Of a stretch of DNA of 64,000 bases, positions 13,819 to 28,295 are shown in pieces. This stretch comes from the human T2T-CHM13v2.0 reference genome, Homo sapiens. A program made the translations under genes and the position numbers. A model generated the notes under the pieces. That model saw only the letters and a program-made list of their open reading frames with translations. It ran no database searches and was not told the DNA's origin. Positions within the stretch are counted from its first letter, which is position 1, and each line of letters opens with the position of its first letter. The stretch is taken from the NCBI RefSeq assembly GCF_009914755.1, contig NC_060930.1. The stretch is one strand, 5' to 3'.

Positions 13819-15825
13819 TTTAGGCTAGTGTGTGTTGTAAGATTCTTTATTCTGTTTTGGAAAATATTTTACCCAATCTACTTATCTTGAGTGTCCCTTC
13901 TTTAACTGAGACCCTATTTCGACTGTCTTTTATGCTATTAACTACTTGTAATTAGTAGTTGACCAGTACTTTCAAAAATGGAAACTTATTATTTACATGC
14001 TAATTAGCAAAGCTTCTAGTATTGACTAAAGATAAAAGATAGCTTAAACATACAGAGCAATCTCCTCTGGAAGGTGGCCTTTCTGATTAAATACTAGCTA
14101 AGAGTGTGACTGTGCCTAACAGTTGTAGCTTACATCAAGTCACACAATTTATATGATGTTCACTACATTATATTCTTTCAAAAGTAAATGTATAGTTTTC
14201 CTAACATGGCTCTCATGAAACTTAAAATCTAGGTATTATAACTGCTATATTTGCACACCGTAAGGTGAGTACAGAGCTGTGGTTATTATTCATGTTCTTC
14301 TGTAAGCTTTATGGGTGGCAGGAACCTTAATCTTTGTCATGAGCCGAGAATGTGACACCAGCCTATTCTGGAGAAGGTAGTAGAATCTATAATACATTGG
14401 AAAGAGCTCTGCACTTGGAGTTTGTAGTCATAGACACTTTATTTTCTAGCTGCATGACTTGAGTAAATTAGGTGAGATCTTAGAGATGATGTCTTTTCTG
14501 GCATGGGTATAGTGCTACCTACTGAATGTATAGCTTAGCACATTAATACATATTTTCTTTCAAATCTTGATGCTGCTGTATCTTCTACTCTACCGTCATT
14601 CTCTGAGACCCCTTCTACCCTTGATTTCTTTTTATTCTTTCTATTATTTAGGTAAGAAATTTGCTGGGACTAGAATGTGAGGTTACGACTTTATGCTGTT
14701 CAATGTTGGTTCTTCAATTTCCTATTTCACCTGTTCAGTTTTAAGTGAATGTTTGACAAACAAAAAAAATTCATCTTAGTCTCTCCTGTAGCTTTCAGCG
14801 CAGTGTCTTTCTCACAGTATTCACTCCATAAATGTTTGTTAAGTATTTCACTTGACAGCAGTGTTTCTTAAATGCAGAAAAAATTTTCTGGCTAACCTGG
14901 AATATAGTTCGAATTGCTTCTCTTACTATAGATGATTGTTTTGTAGAAAAGAGAATATGATAGTTTGGACTATGAATGAAGTGAAAGTTATATGAAACAA
15001 TTAAATGTGTGAAATTGAGGCATTTATGGCAATTGTGAACTGCGTTTTTACTCTTTTGTCCACAAACCAGTTGTCCTAAAATTTGCAGCCTTTTTTATGT
15101 CTTCAACGGAATCCCAAAATATCTTATTTTCACTAAAATATTATACAAATGAAATTTTAAAGTAATATTTATTTCTAGTGCATTATAAGACTGTACTTGG
15201 GAAAGATCATTCATAGGAACAGTGGATGGCACTATAGGCTCATACCTGCGAAGTAATTATCCTTAAGTTGCAGAGCTTTCAAATGCTGGCTTAGTGAATG
15301 CTTTTAAAGAGAGCAGCTCAGTCAAAAAGCTTGGACAGTATTAGGAGTTAATGTTATATTTTGTAAACTTTTTAATCATTATTTGAAATAAACTTTGAAA
15401 TGAATATGTATATAATTTTCTTAGTTACTAGCATAGAGAAATTACTGATTTAAAAAAACATTTCAAATTCTAGCATGTTGTAGGATTCTATTGCCCTTTC
15501 TAAAAAGTACATCTTGCTTATCCGATTTCTAACAAAACTATTTAATTTGAAGAAGGGAGAATGAATTTGGATAAAAAGCAAAAATTTAAAGGTACTCAAA
15601 TTTAGGCAAACCATTAAAGCAATCTTAGTTTACAGTTAATTGGGTAGAATGGTCAACACTTTCTTCAGGTTAGTTCATGGAGTGGATATGCATTGATAGA
15701 ACAACTTAGAGATGCTTTTACAGTTGAGAAAGCTCATTATATTTGTTATCTTTAAGAATCAGCTTATTTATTTCATATGTTTGTTCTTTAAGAAGACCAA
15801 AGAGCCCTGCAAATGAATGTTGATT

Positions 15826-15976
<151 letters not shown>

Positions 15977-16057
15977 GGACATCAATTTGTTAAACAAATG
16001 TAGTTGAACATAAAAAGATGAGTTCATGTGGTATTTGCCCTTGAGAATCCCATAGAA

Positions 16058-16112
16058 AAGCACAAAACAATAAAGTTATAAGCAACAAGCACAAAACAAT
16101 AAAGTTATAAGC
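16058..16112 (+). repeat. Tandem duplication, 26 bp x2 (period 29), each copy with AATAAA
   Basis: aagcacaaaacaataaagttataagc at 16058 and 16087. Confidence 0.95.
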
Positions 16113-16384
16113 TCACATTGTATGATGGATTGTTTAGATGAGTTGGAGAGTGCTTCCGTGGAAAGTAATATTTAGGCTGTGTCTTAAAATATCTTATAGG
16201 TGGATTTAAAGGCAATTTAAGCAGTGGTGGGGTGGGGGGAACCAAAACAAAACCCATAAGCAGTGGTTATTGCATTGTGAAAAACCATGTCTTACACAGA
16301 GAATGATGAGTCACTGTGGTGGTGTTTTGAATAAGGGAATGGTCGGAGAAAGGTAGCTTGAGAATGCTTGGGCTCCGAACTTGG

Positions 16385-17036
16385 TGACGCTGGATTTTTC
16401 GTGGCCACTTTGCCAACCAGAGACCTCCACAGCCAGTGATGCCCCCTGATCCAGGCCTCACTCAGCCCTGGGCCTACCACTGGAGGCGCCCTGCCCACTC
16501 GGTCCACCTGTGCTATAGCATTCGGTGGTTCCCAAGCTCTTGTCCCACATCCAAGAAGCATGAGCTTACACTGACAATTAGAAGGGTGAGGATGGGCAGA
16601 GAAGAATTTTCTTGAGTGATGGAACAGCTCTCAGTGGACAGGGGATGCAGGGGGTGGTCCCCCCACCCCTGTAGTTGGGTGGTTTCTCTCTCTCTGTGTG
16701 TCTGGGTCTGGGGCTTTTTAGGGACTCAGAATGGGGAGTGCATGCTGATTGGTTTGTGAGTACACAAAAAAGGTTAAAATGAAGGCACCATTCAAAGGTA
16801 GGCACGACAGTGTAGAAAACCAATAAGGAAAGGGTAGGTTAAAGTAAAATTGGTGGAGGAGGGGGGATCAATCAGAGGGAAGTGTGCCAAATGAGAAGAC
16901 AGGTTCTCAATCCGGTCCGTGGATTTGACTTGTATCTTGGCTTTCAGGCTTTAAACTGTCTTTGGTTTGAAAGTGGGGTTTCACTGGGGACCCGACACCC
17001 TCTGCCTAGGCATTTGTCTGCCTCCTGCTGCTATCA
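16385..17036 (-). mobile_element. ERV1 solo LTR (LTR27/LTR28/MER52 group)
   Basis: Minus strand TGATAGCAGCAGGAGGCAGACAAATGCCTAGG...GCGTCA; 4-bp TSD TTGG on both sides; inserted in a MIR. Confidence 0.85.
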
Positions 17037-17039
17037 TTG

Positions 17040-17310
17040 GCATAAGTTATTCAACCTCTCTATAGGTTTCAGTTTCCTCATTTATAAAGTGATGATGATA
17101 ATAATAGTGTTGTGAGAATGAAAAGAGGTCACAGGTTTAATCAGCACAATGCCTGGCACATAGTATCTGTTCAATATATAGTATTTTGAACTTTATTACT
17201 ATGATAGCTATGAGAAGGCAAACCTCAGGCTTACGTAGACTGCTATTTGCTTAAGGCCACAGAGCTAGTAAGTGGCAGAATTGTGACTCGAACCACATCA
17301 TCTGACCAGT
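17040..17310. mobile_element. Two MIR fragments in opposite orientation
   Basis: cagtttcctcatttataaa (sense core), then aaggccacagagctagtaagtggcagaa (antisense). Confidence 0.7.
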
Positions 17311-20300
17311 TTTTTTCAATAAACCATAACGTCAGTGGCCTCTAGCCTCATTTTCTGCTTCTGGGTCTGTACTGTAGTTGTTTAGTTAATTGAAAGGAAA
17401 GCCACTTAGAGCTAAAGTTTGAGACTCATCTGGAAGATAGCCTATTAAATCTGAGAAACATGCCGTACGCAGCAGAGTTTTACAGAGAGAATGGGGAATA
17501 TGGGGCTAATGTAGTGAGTCTGTCAAGTGGAGGTAGGCTGGGAGAATTTCTGCTGTGTATCTATGTTGTATTGTCAGATGACTCCTAAGATGCATCCATT
17601 TTGTCCAATGGAATGGAATTTGAAATTCCTATTATGGTTATTTTAAAGGAGGGACTGCTAAATCATATAGAGATGTATGACCATTGTGCCTTCCTTTCTT
17701 GCCTTTTTTTTTCCCACTTCTACTGGAGCTAAGGTGCATGAAAGTGAGTTGCACTTGGAAGGGCACAGTAGGAGCAGATCATTGGATGTATCCAAAGAGC
17801 CACCATCTGTCAGCTTTCCTGTTGCTTTAAGAAAACTTGTTTTCCAGCCCTATCAAGAGAGAGAAAAAAAAAAACCCTGAAACTTGTGTAGCCCAACTTT
17901 AATTAAGTATAATTGAACACACATGTGATTGTGGACGAGGGCCTGTCAGTTTTTTCCAATACAAGAATAATATATATCCCATATTTATTTTTGAAACCAC
18001 TTTGCTTTTATTTGACTGCATCTCAGCATGGTAGCACCAGTTGTTTTATTTTTTTCTAACCCTGACAAAGCAGAATGTTTTGTTTGGCTTTTTAAAAAGG
18101 CAATAGTGCATGTAGTTAAGACCTCATTTACTTTATCTGATGAAACAGTCTCTGAGGAGTGTCTATTTTTTGGTAAATCCACTAAGAAAACTGGGTTTAA
18201 AACGAGGTCATTTTTAAAAATACTGGTTTCAGTTTTTAAACAATGTATGTACCTTTGTGATTTGTAATGTATATTTTTGTGGTTCTTTTTAGGTTAACCT
18301 TAAAGTAAGTATTAATTGTGAGATCATATAGGTTTACAAAGTTCTTTCTCCCTTGTGAAATATATTTTATGTACTGTTCTGTTACTGCTCTTGCGGAAAA
18401 CATAAACTTTCTGAAATGGAATTTTTAGTCCGTTCTCCTCCCCCACTTTCTCCTGTCTCTGTTATTTTTTTCTATATAAGTTTATGAGAACAAGATATGC
18501 AAGTATGGATTTATTTATTTAGGACCAGGAGCCCCTTGTAACTGGAAGATATCCTCTATCAAGATTGGTGGTCTGTTTTATTCATTGGTTTGTTTTATTC
18601 TCTACTCATTCACTCATTTACTCAACAGAAATTTGCAGAACATCTCTATGTATCTGAAAATGTACTAAGTGCAATAAAAGAAACAAGACCTAGTAATGTA
18701 TCACTGCTCTTGGGAGCCTTACAGTCTAGTGTAGTTTAGTTAACTGGGAAATAATTTTGTTTTAGTCTACATGGAATATAATAGTAGTTTTATATGTGTA
18801 GGACTTAGAGTTGTGTACCTAGAAGTTTACCACAAATATGGAGAATGTATCAGACTTGTTTCAAATGTGATAGCTGAAAATAGGCTCATACAATAATGGT
18901 GTACAACATGTATGTCATGTGAACCAGCAGCACGTTCTTTGGTAATTTGCCACTATTGAGAATTCTGTCACTAGCATCACATATTGTTCTCACTCTGGAA
19001 TTCAGTCAACCCGGGATCCTTTGAGTGTAGATTTCTGTGCTTACTCCTAAAATTAACGCCCCTAATTTCACTTCCAAAAAAGATTGCAATTGTTAAAGCC
19101 CCTTTCTGTCTACTTCAACTTTCTCATTCTTATTTCTACTATTGGTCTTATTTTTAAAATTTTCCTACCTTAATTCTCAATTATATGCAAAGGAAGAGGC
19201 AAAGCAACAAAAATAATGACAAGGTGTCAGTAGCGGCGTTGATGTTGACACATTGCATGCATCTTGGAAAAAGAGATGTCAAATGCCCATGAGGATGGAG
19301 TATGGTTGAGATTCTGCTACTGCTGAAGGCAAATTTTCCTGTTGTTTCCATGATGCCTAATAATGGCAACGTGATGGTTGGCATAATGAGAGTCTTCTGT
19401 ATAAGTGAGTTGACTTGCACTTAAATATTTTGCAGTTATTTGTCAGTTATTTATCAAATGATTGTTTATCAAATAATTTATCAAATAATTAATTTTCTTA
19501 ATTTTATTGGAGATTTGTCATCCAAATGTTACATTTGGAATATAACTAACATACTTTAATACTCCATTAAGTTTCAATTTGTATGGTAGATATTCAAGGA
19601 TGAGTGATGGAAGAAAGAATAATATAGACATTTCAGGGATTGTTTTTTTTTAATTTTAAATTTAATTCTTTCAGATATATATTATATATATATATATCCT
19701 AATTAGGTTATATATAATATATATATACATATATAAATATATCCTAATTCAAAATCTAACTGTGACTGAGACTCATGCATAGAATATTTTCTGATGTACT
19801 TTACAAATGCTTATTTGAACAGCATCAGTATGGCTTGCCTAATTTCTTAGTTTCTTTTGTTTATCCCAATACTGCTTTGCTTATACATATATATCTTAAA
19901 GGTTTCTAAACTTAGAGACCTGTAGATCCTAGACGGCTTTAATTGACTGATCTTTTAATGTCTGTATTTTCTGTTCCCTTATCTTGTAGTTTTTTAAAAT
20001 CCTTCTTTAAATTATTGTTTTGTTCTCTTATTTTTCCATTTTCTGTATCTGCTTTTTCTTTTGAGCCCACACTTTTGACTTTTATGTAAGAATCATGTTT
20101 TATTAAAAGCCTCTTTTTTTGGTATAGTAGGTGAGAAAGAAGTAGTTGAATTTAAATATATCTACTGTAAATATATGGATTTGTCTTTTGTAACACTGCC
20201 TTGCCAAGTGTTTGGATAGATAGTAGAGTAGCATGACAGTTCACACAGTGAGCAACAGTTTGATTTAAGCTATTTGTTTATGTGCTACACTGCTTAAAAT

Positions 20301-21944
20301 CTCTTACCAGCTAATGAGAATGATCTGAAGACTTTTTTTGTAAGAGATGGGAAAAAACCCTTTTAATTAGGGGTAGACTTTGTAAAATACTTAATAAGTT
20401 TCTTTATTATTTGTAGCCCCATGGCCAAATACCTACTACCCACACACTTTCTTAATACAAAACTATTCATAGTTAATTAAAAATCTTTTTGGCAGATTCA
20501 CATATTCATAGACTGTTAGAGCTAGAAAGGATTTTAGAGATTTAAAATCTTTTCATAGATGATAAAACTGAGGCCCCAAGGACTAATGTCCGAAAGTTTG
20601 GTGGCCCACAGATTGTACTCACTTTTAGGAGAATAAGGTTCATGACAAACAGAGGTTACTCTCACAGGTGATACACCTTCATCTTTAGGATTTTAGGGGT
20701 CAGTGAAAGGATTAGAAAGCAGATTAGATTTTGTTTGTGGTCTGCAAGACATCATAAAATGATATTTGATGTTAGTTTGTATTGAAATATATGTAGGTCA
20801 AAATACCAGAAACTGGTATCACTGTGACCAATACTGTTTGGTGGATCAGAGGAAAACAGTGAGATTATCTGTCAAGTGAATTTGATTACATGGGATAAAG
20901 GCGCTATTGAGACTTCTGTTTTGGTGTGAGAGCACCTTTGGAAAAATTCTGGACTTCATATCACCTTGTTTTCCTTTTCTATTCACTCATTATTTACCTT
21001 TCCCATCCACACTTCTGGTTCTACCATTTACCTTCCTTTAATTCCTATAGGTTTATATGTTTGTATTTCTAGTACCTAATAGTTACTAGCTCATAGAAGC
21101 TCTCAATAAAAATGTTTTTACGACTCAGTTTCTAAATGCTAATGGTATGTTTTCATTCTAAAGTCTCTTTTGCTGTTTCTTGAGTCTTGAATCTCTATTC
21201 CAGCCTTTCTCAGTTCATGTTTTCTGAGAGAATTAAGCCTAAACATATGTGATTGAATGTCCTAAGGCATTCATTATTTAGTGAATTAACCTTCTCCCAA
21301 GCATCTAGAATGATATTAGCTGCATACTATCCTTGAGAGAATTAAAAAGTAGTCACTCAGATTATTTTCTGCAGTGCATAATTCTCTTGGAATAGTGGTT
21401 GAGAAAGGCTGATTTATTCACTTTATCAGATATTCCAAATAACCATCTTAAAGCTTACTTTTCTAAGAAATGCCATCATTGATTGACTTCATTTTAATTG
21501 TTCTTTTACTTCACATTTTCTTAGTACATAGACTTAATTTTTACTAACGGCTGTTGCCAAGATGGTGATATGCTGAATGGGTTATAGTAAATTTGGTTTA
21601 TTCTTTAAAAAGAAACATAAACAAAAAGTATATAATAGATTTCTCATGTTGCTATTTTTTCTCTTGAAAAGCATATACTACCTGAGTGTCAAACTGGCCA
21701 GTGCTTGGGTGAACTTCTATGTAAGGCTTGTTAGGTCTGTGATGACACAAATTCCAAGGGCAAAGGAAAGAGATTGGAACTAGTAGATGCAACATGTTTA
21801 AAGCTGACTTGGCCAGTATAAGTGATCCTTGAGAATCAGCCCTCTATTTAGGCATGGCATCTAAGGCTTGTAACTGCCTGGGTTCTTATTTCCAAAGGAG
21901 TCAATGTTAGATATACCAGGGCCCAGATTTATGAAAATACAGAA

Positions 21945-24265
21945 AGAAAACTGTGCCTATTCACAGATGATATGACTGTCTACATAGAAAATCTCAAGGA
22001 GTCCATAATAAAACTTCTGGAACTCATAAGTGAATATAGCAAGGATACAACATAAACCCATAAAAATAAAACATCTTTCTGTATACCAGCAATGTGTAAT
22101 TGGAAAAGGAAATACAGAAATTATTTATGTTATGCAATAGCTCTAAGAAAAATGCTTAGATAAAAATCTGACAAATTATGTATAGGATATGTATATGGAA
22201 ATTTACAAAACAGAAGAAATCAAAGAAGATCTAAATAAATCATGCAATGTTCAGGAATTGGAAGATTCAGTATAGTAAATGACAATTCTCAAGTTGATGT
22301 ATAGATTTAAAGTAATTTGAATACAAATTCCAGTAAGATTTTTCTTGTAGAAGTGGAGAAATGGATGCTAAATTTTATATGGAAAGGCAAGGGAAGTAGA
22401 GTTATCTAAAACAGTTTTGAATAAGAATAAGGTTGGAGGAATCACACCATCCTAGTTTAAGACTTACTGTAAAGTAGCAGCAATCAAGAGGTGTGGTAGT
22501 GGTGAAGGGATAGACACATTAAATCACTGGAAGGAGACTAACAAGTCCAGGAAGGTCAGACCCATGCAAATATGGGCAGTTGATTTTGACAAAGGCGCAA
22601 AGTTCATCCAAGGGAGAAAGCAGTGTTTTCATCAAATTGTACTGGAGCAGTTGGGTATCCATATGGAAAAAGAACAAAACTTTGACCCAAATGTTAAATG
22701 TATATGAAAGTTAACCCAAAAGGGATCCAAGTTCAAAATGTAAAATGTAAAACCTTTTTTCTTATTCAATTCATGAAAATAAAAAATAAGAGGTAAAACT
22801 TTAAAAATTGTAGAATAAAACATAGGAGAAGGTTTCTATATTTATGGTTAGGCAAAGAGTTCTTAGACCTGATACCCAAAAGTATGATCTATAAAAGGAT
22901 AAAAGATGGACTTAATCAAAATTAACAACTTTTGCTCTGTGAATGAAACTATTAAGATAATAAGAAGCAATCTGCAGGCTGGGAGAACATATTTGCAGAT
23001 CACATACACAGCATAGGACTTGTATCCAGAATATATAAGGAACTTTCAAAACTCACTAGGAAAACAACCAGATTAAAATACGGGTAAAAGACTTGAACAG
23101 AGACATCACAAAAGGGGATATGCAAATGGAAACTAAGCACATGTAAAGTTTTTCGACATCATTAACATCAGGGATCCTATAACTCACCTATTCGACCAAG
23201 TAAAATGAAAAATATTGATAGTACCAGGTACTGGAGAGGATGTAGAGCAATTAGAGCTCTCATACATTGTTGTTGGAGATGCTAAATGGTACAGCCATTT
23301 GGAGAATGAATTAGCAGTTTCTCTAAAAAGTTAAACATGTACTTATCATATGACGAACGTCCTACTTTTAGGTATGAGAAATGAAAACGTAAGTTCACCC
23401 AAAAATCTGTGTATGAATGTTTATGGCAGCTTCCTTCCTAATTAGCCCAAACTGAAAACAACTCCTGTATCCTTTAGGGAATGAATGGAAAAATCATCTG
23501 TGTTGCGTTCACTTAATTGAATACCACCAAACAAAAAAAGGAATGAATGATTGACATCCCCAACATCTTGGATGGATGTAAAAAGCTTATGCCAAGTGAA
23601 ATAAGCCAATCACTAAAAGGCTGTATGTATGATTGATTGCTTTATTTTATTTTATTTTATTTTATTTTATTTTATTTTATTTTATTTTATTTTATTTTAT
23701 TTTATTTTATTTTATTTTTTCTTGGAGACACGGTCTAGCTCTATCGCCCAGGCTGGAGTATAGTGGCGCAACCACGGTTCGCTGCGTTCTCTGTCTTCTG
23801 GGGTCAAGCAATCTTCCCACCTCAGCCCCCGGAGTAGCTGGGACTACAGGCATGTGCTACCATGCCTGGCTATTTTTGTATTTTTTGTAGAGATGGGGTT
23901 TCACCGTGTTGCCCAGGCTGGTCTTGAACTCCTGGGCTCAAGTGATCTTCCCACCTCGGCCTCCCAAAGTGCTGGGATTACAGGTTTGTAAGCCACCTCA
24001 CCTGCCCTATATTATTTATTTATATGACATTTTCAAAAAGAAAAAACTATGGTGATGGAGAAGAGATCAAGGATTTTTAGGGGTTAGAGATTGGGAGGTG
24101 AGGAGGGCAGAGAGTGTTTGGGTAAGGGTATAGCACAAGGGAATGTTCTAGGGTAAAAGAACTCTTCTGTAGTCTTTTGATGATGGTTGCACATACCAAT
24201 ACATAGGCTAAATTCATAGAACTGTACACCTTCCAGAAAATGAAATTTATGTCAGTTTTAAAAAA
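21945..24265 (+). mobile_element. Old L1 (L1MC/MD) ORF2 and 3'UTR, interrupted by AluJb
   Basis: ttcacagatgatatgactgtctac (FADD motif region) followed by the continuing ORF2 3' sequence. Confidence 0.85.
23640..24007 (-). mobile_element. AluJb with (TTTTA)n tail
   Basis: Pentanucleotide repeat 23641-23715 then the Alu body. Confidence 0.9.
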
Positions 24266-24344
24266 ATTATTCTGTGAAGAAAATAATATTTATTAAGAAA
24301 TATTTAGGTAGAGAACCAGGGTAGATTGAAAATTGTGTTAAAAG

Positions 24345-24829
24345 CATGCACACGTATGTTTATTGCAGCACTATTCAGAATAGCAAAGACTTGGAACCAA
24401 CCCAAATGTCCATCAATGATAGAATGGTTTAAGAAAATGTGGCACATATACACCATGGAATACTATGCAGCCATAAAAAATGATGAGTTCACATCCTTTG
24501 TAGGGACATGGATGAAGCTGGAAACCATCATTCTGAGCAAACTGTCACAAGGACAGAAAACCAAACACCGCATGTTCTCACTCGTAGGTGGGAATTGAAC
24601 AATAAGAACACTTGGACACAGGATGGGGAACATCACACAACGGGGCCTGTAATGGGATGGGGGGAGGGGGGAGGGATAGCATTAGGAGATATATCTAACG
24701 TAAATGACGAGTTAATGGGTGCAGCACACCAACATGGCACATGTATACATATGTAACAAACCTACACGTTGTGCACGTGTACCCTAGAACTTAAAGTATA
24801 ATAATACAAAAAAAAAAAAAAAAAGAAAA
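24345..24829 (+). mobile_element. 5'-truncated L1PA4-like element (ORF2p C-terminus, 3'UTR, poly-A)
   Basis: Encodes CTRMFIAALFRIAKTWNQPKCPSM...FSLVGGN; perfect 17-bp TSD gaaaattgtgttaaaag (24328-24344, 24830-24846). Confidence 0.95.
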
Positions 24830-24927
24830 GAAAATTGTGTTAAAAGGTTTGCATCTCATTTAAATTGGAACAAAGTCATCTGGACTGAGAGGAAAATGGG
24901 CCTGGGCCCATATATTTGAAAAGAACT

Positions 24928-25247
<320 letters not shown>

Positions 25248-25497
25248 TAGAACTGAGCTTTTGAACTGTTGCTAAGGGTAAATTAGGTATCACTGAACTT
25301 ACCCTCAGTAATGAATGGAATATGTCACCTGTGGGTAATATGCGACGATTAATAAGACAGTTACCACACCTACTGTATACCACTAAAATAATAAATAAAG
25401 AAGAATTTTTAAAAAGACAGTTATATAGCAGGATTATGTCGTGATTTGACTTATTATATAAAAAATTTAACGTATGATTTTCCATTAGAGGAAATAC

Positions 25498-25951
25498 TCT
25501 TTTGTTTTGGCAATTCCTGCCAGTCTCCATTTGTTGATCAGAAGACATCTTTCAGAAGTATTGTATTGCTACTGGAGGTAGGATTGGGCCAAGGTGGAAT
25601 CTGGTTAGAACAAAAATGCCACAGAAGAAAATCATTTGGCTTACCAGTAAGCTGATGTGTGCATCCTCCCCTTACCTTCGTGCACATGTGTACACCAGAC
25701 TTGCAATTTGTCTTGATGCTTTGAGTAGAGAAAGAAATAATTATTGCTTTGGAACTTGTGCCTATAAAAACTGTACAAATCTAAAAGTACTTGGTCACTT
25801 GTACTCATGATGATTTGTTTAAATTTACCCTTTTGCATGTTAGTAGATACTGCGAAATCTTAATCAGGCCCTTATATTTACCATTGAATCATCTTAGCCA
25901 TATATTTGGAAGAATTGCAAATCCCCCCTTTGCAGGGCTGCCTATGAAAAT
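25498..25951 (-). pseudogene. Three small phase-matched fossil exons (25882-25951, 25676-25718, 25498-25600)
   Basis: Acceptors ccattgtatag, tctctactcaaag, ttgttctaaccag; donors G|gtaaat, AG|gtaagg, A|gtattt. Phases 0-1, 1-2, 2-0 chain into IFIGSPAKGGFAILPNIWLR*FNA SRQIASLVYTCARR FHLGPILPPVAIQYF*KM. Confidence 0.5.
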
Positions 25952-26069
25952 CTATACAATGGAAAAGCAACAGCATGGATTCCCTACAATATCTCAGAGC
26001 ACCCAGCCCTGCTGGAACTGCTGGACCAGCATATACATGCTCAGCAGCCTTTTTCTTTTCTTTTCTTTT

Positions 26070-26450
26070 AAAGCAAATTCTCATAGCAGCTTTATTTGCA
26101 ATAGCCAAAAATGGGAAACAACCCACAGTGTGAGATAGGGTTACAATAGAATATTCCCCAGCAACATAAAGAAACTAACTCTGGGTACATGCAAAAGCAT
26201 GGATGAAACTCAATTATGCAGAGTAAAAGAACCCAGACAAATTTATGACACACTACATTATTCCAACTAAACTGTAGAAAATGCAAACAAATCTCTAGTT
26301 CCAGAAAGCAAATAAGTGAATCCCTGAGGCAAATTGGTCTGGGAGTGGGGAAGGGAGGAATTGCAAAGGTACACAAAGAAGCTTTGTAGGGTGACATATA
26401 TGCCCATTGTCTCTTATGATGATGTTTTCATATATATGTATGAAACACTT
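26070..26450 (+). mobile_element. L1ME 3' fragment
   Basis: tcatagcagctttatttgcaatagccaaaaatgggaaacaaccc. Confidence 0.7.
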
Positions 26451-26523
26451 CTAAACTCTCATGCCCAGCTTTTAAAATTCTTTTGATACTTACTAGGAAT
26501 TTTAAACTAATTTGACATCCTTC

Positions 26524-27151
<628 letters not shown>

Positions 27152-27914
27152 TGAAGAAATTTTCTATCCTCATCTACCACCTTAGGCTTGCTAACGAGGC
27201 TCTGCAGATGAAACCATAGCAGGCTTTTACATTTTTTCCCAAAATTTTATTATGAAAAATTTCAAATGGACAGCAAAGTCGAAAAAATTTTACAGTGCAC
27301 ACCTGTCTACCCACCATGAAGATTGTTATTAACATTTTACCATCTTTATTATGTCATATCTTTCTTCATCCATTTCTATTCATCCATCAGTCCAACTTAT
27401 TTTTTTAACATGTTTCAAATGAAATTGCAGACATCAGAACACTTCCTCTAAATACTACATCAGACGTGACATTATAGACATCAGTATTTGTAGGATTTTA
27501 TGTAAAATTTTGAAACCATGGAATATATACATCTTAAGAGCAAGCACATGGCTGAGTTTCGACAAATGCGTATGCCTGTGTAACTCCCATCTCTATTTTT
27601 TAAAAAACCTGTGACCAGATAGTATTTACATAATTTCGCAATGGAAATATAGTAATCCCCCTGATTTATAAGGATGTGTTGGTAAATAGTCTGCATTTTC
27701 TGTGTTGAGATCAAAGCTGTAATCCCCTCCCTGTCTTTGTCCCTATAGTGATGGAAATAATAGATTATTTTAGCCCAATGTGTAACATCCTTCTTAAATG
27801 TATTAAGAATTTTAAGTGTGCTATTATGCAACAACTTGATAAAATATTTTCTTAAAATATGTGTTTTTAACCACATGCAATATTTGCTGTTAACCTTTAA
27901 AAAATATGAATGAC

Positions 27915-28295
<381 letters not shown>

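Noticed and set aside
19181-19420. Non-repeat patch with a minus ORF and partial RFX-like motifs
   Set aside because: No convincing frame, splice pair or full motif.
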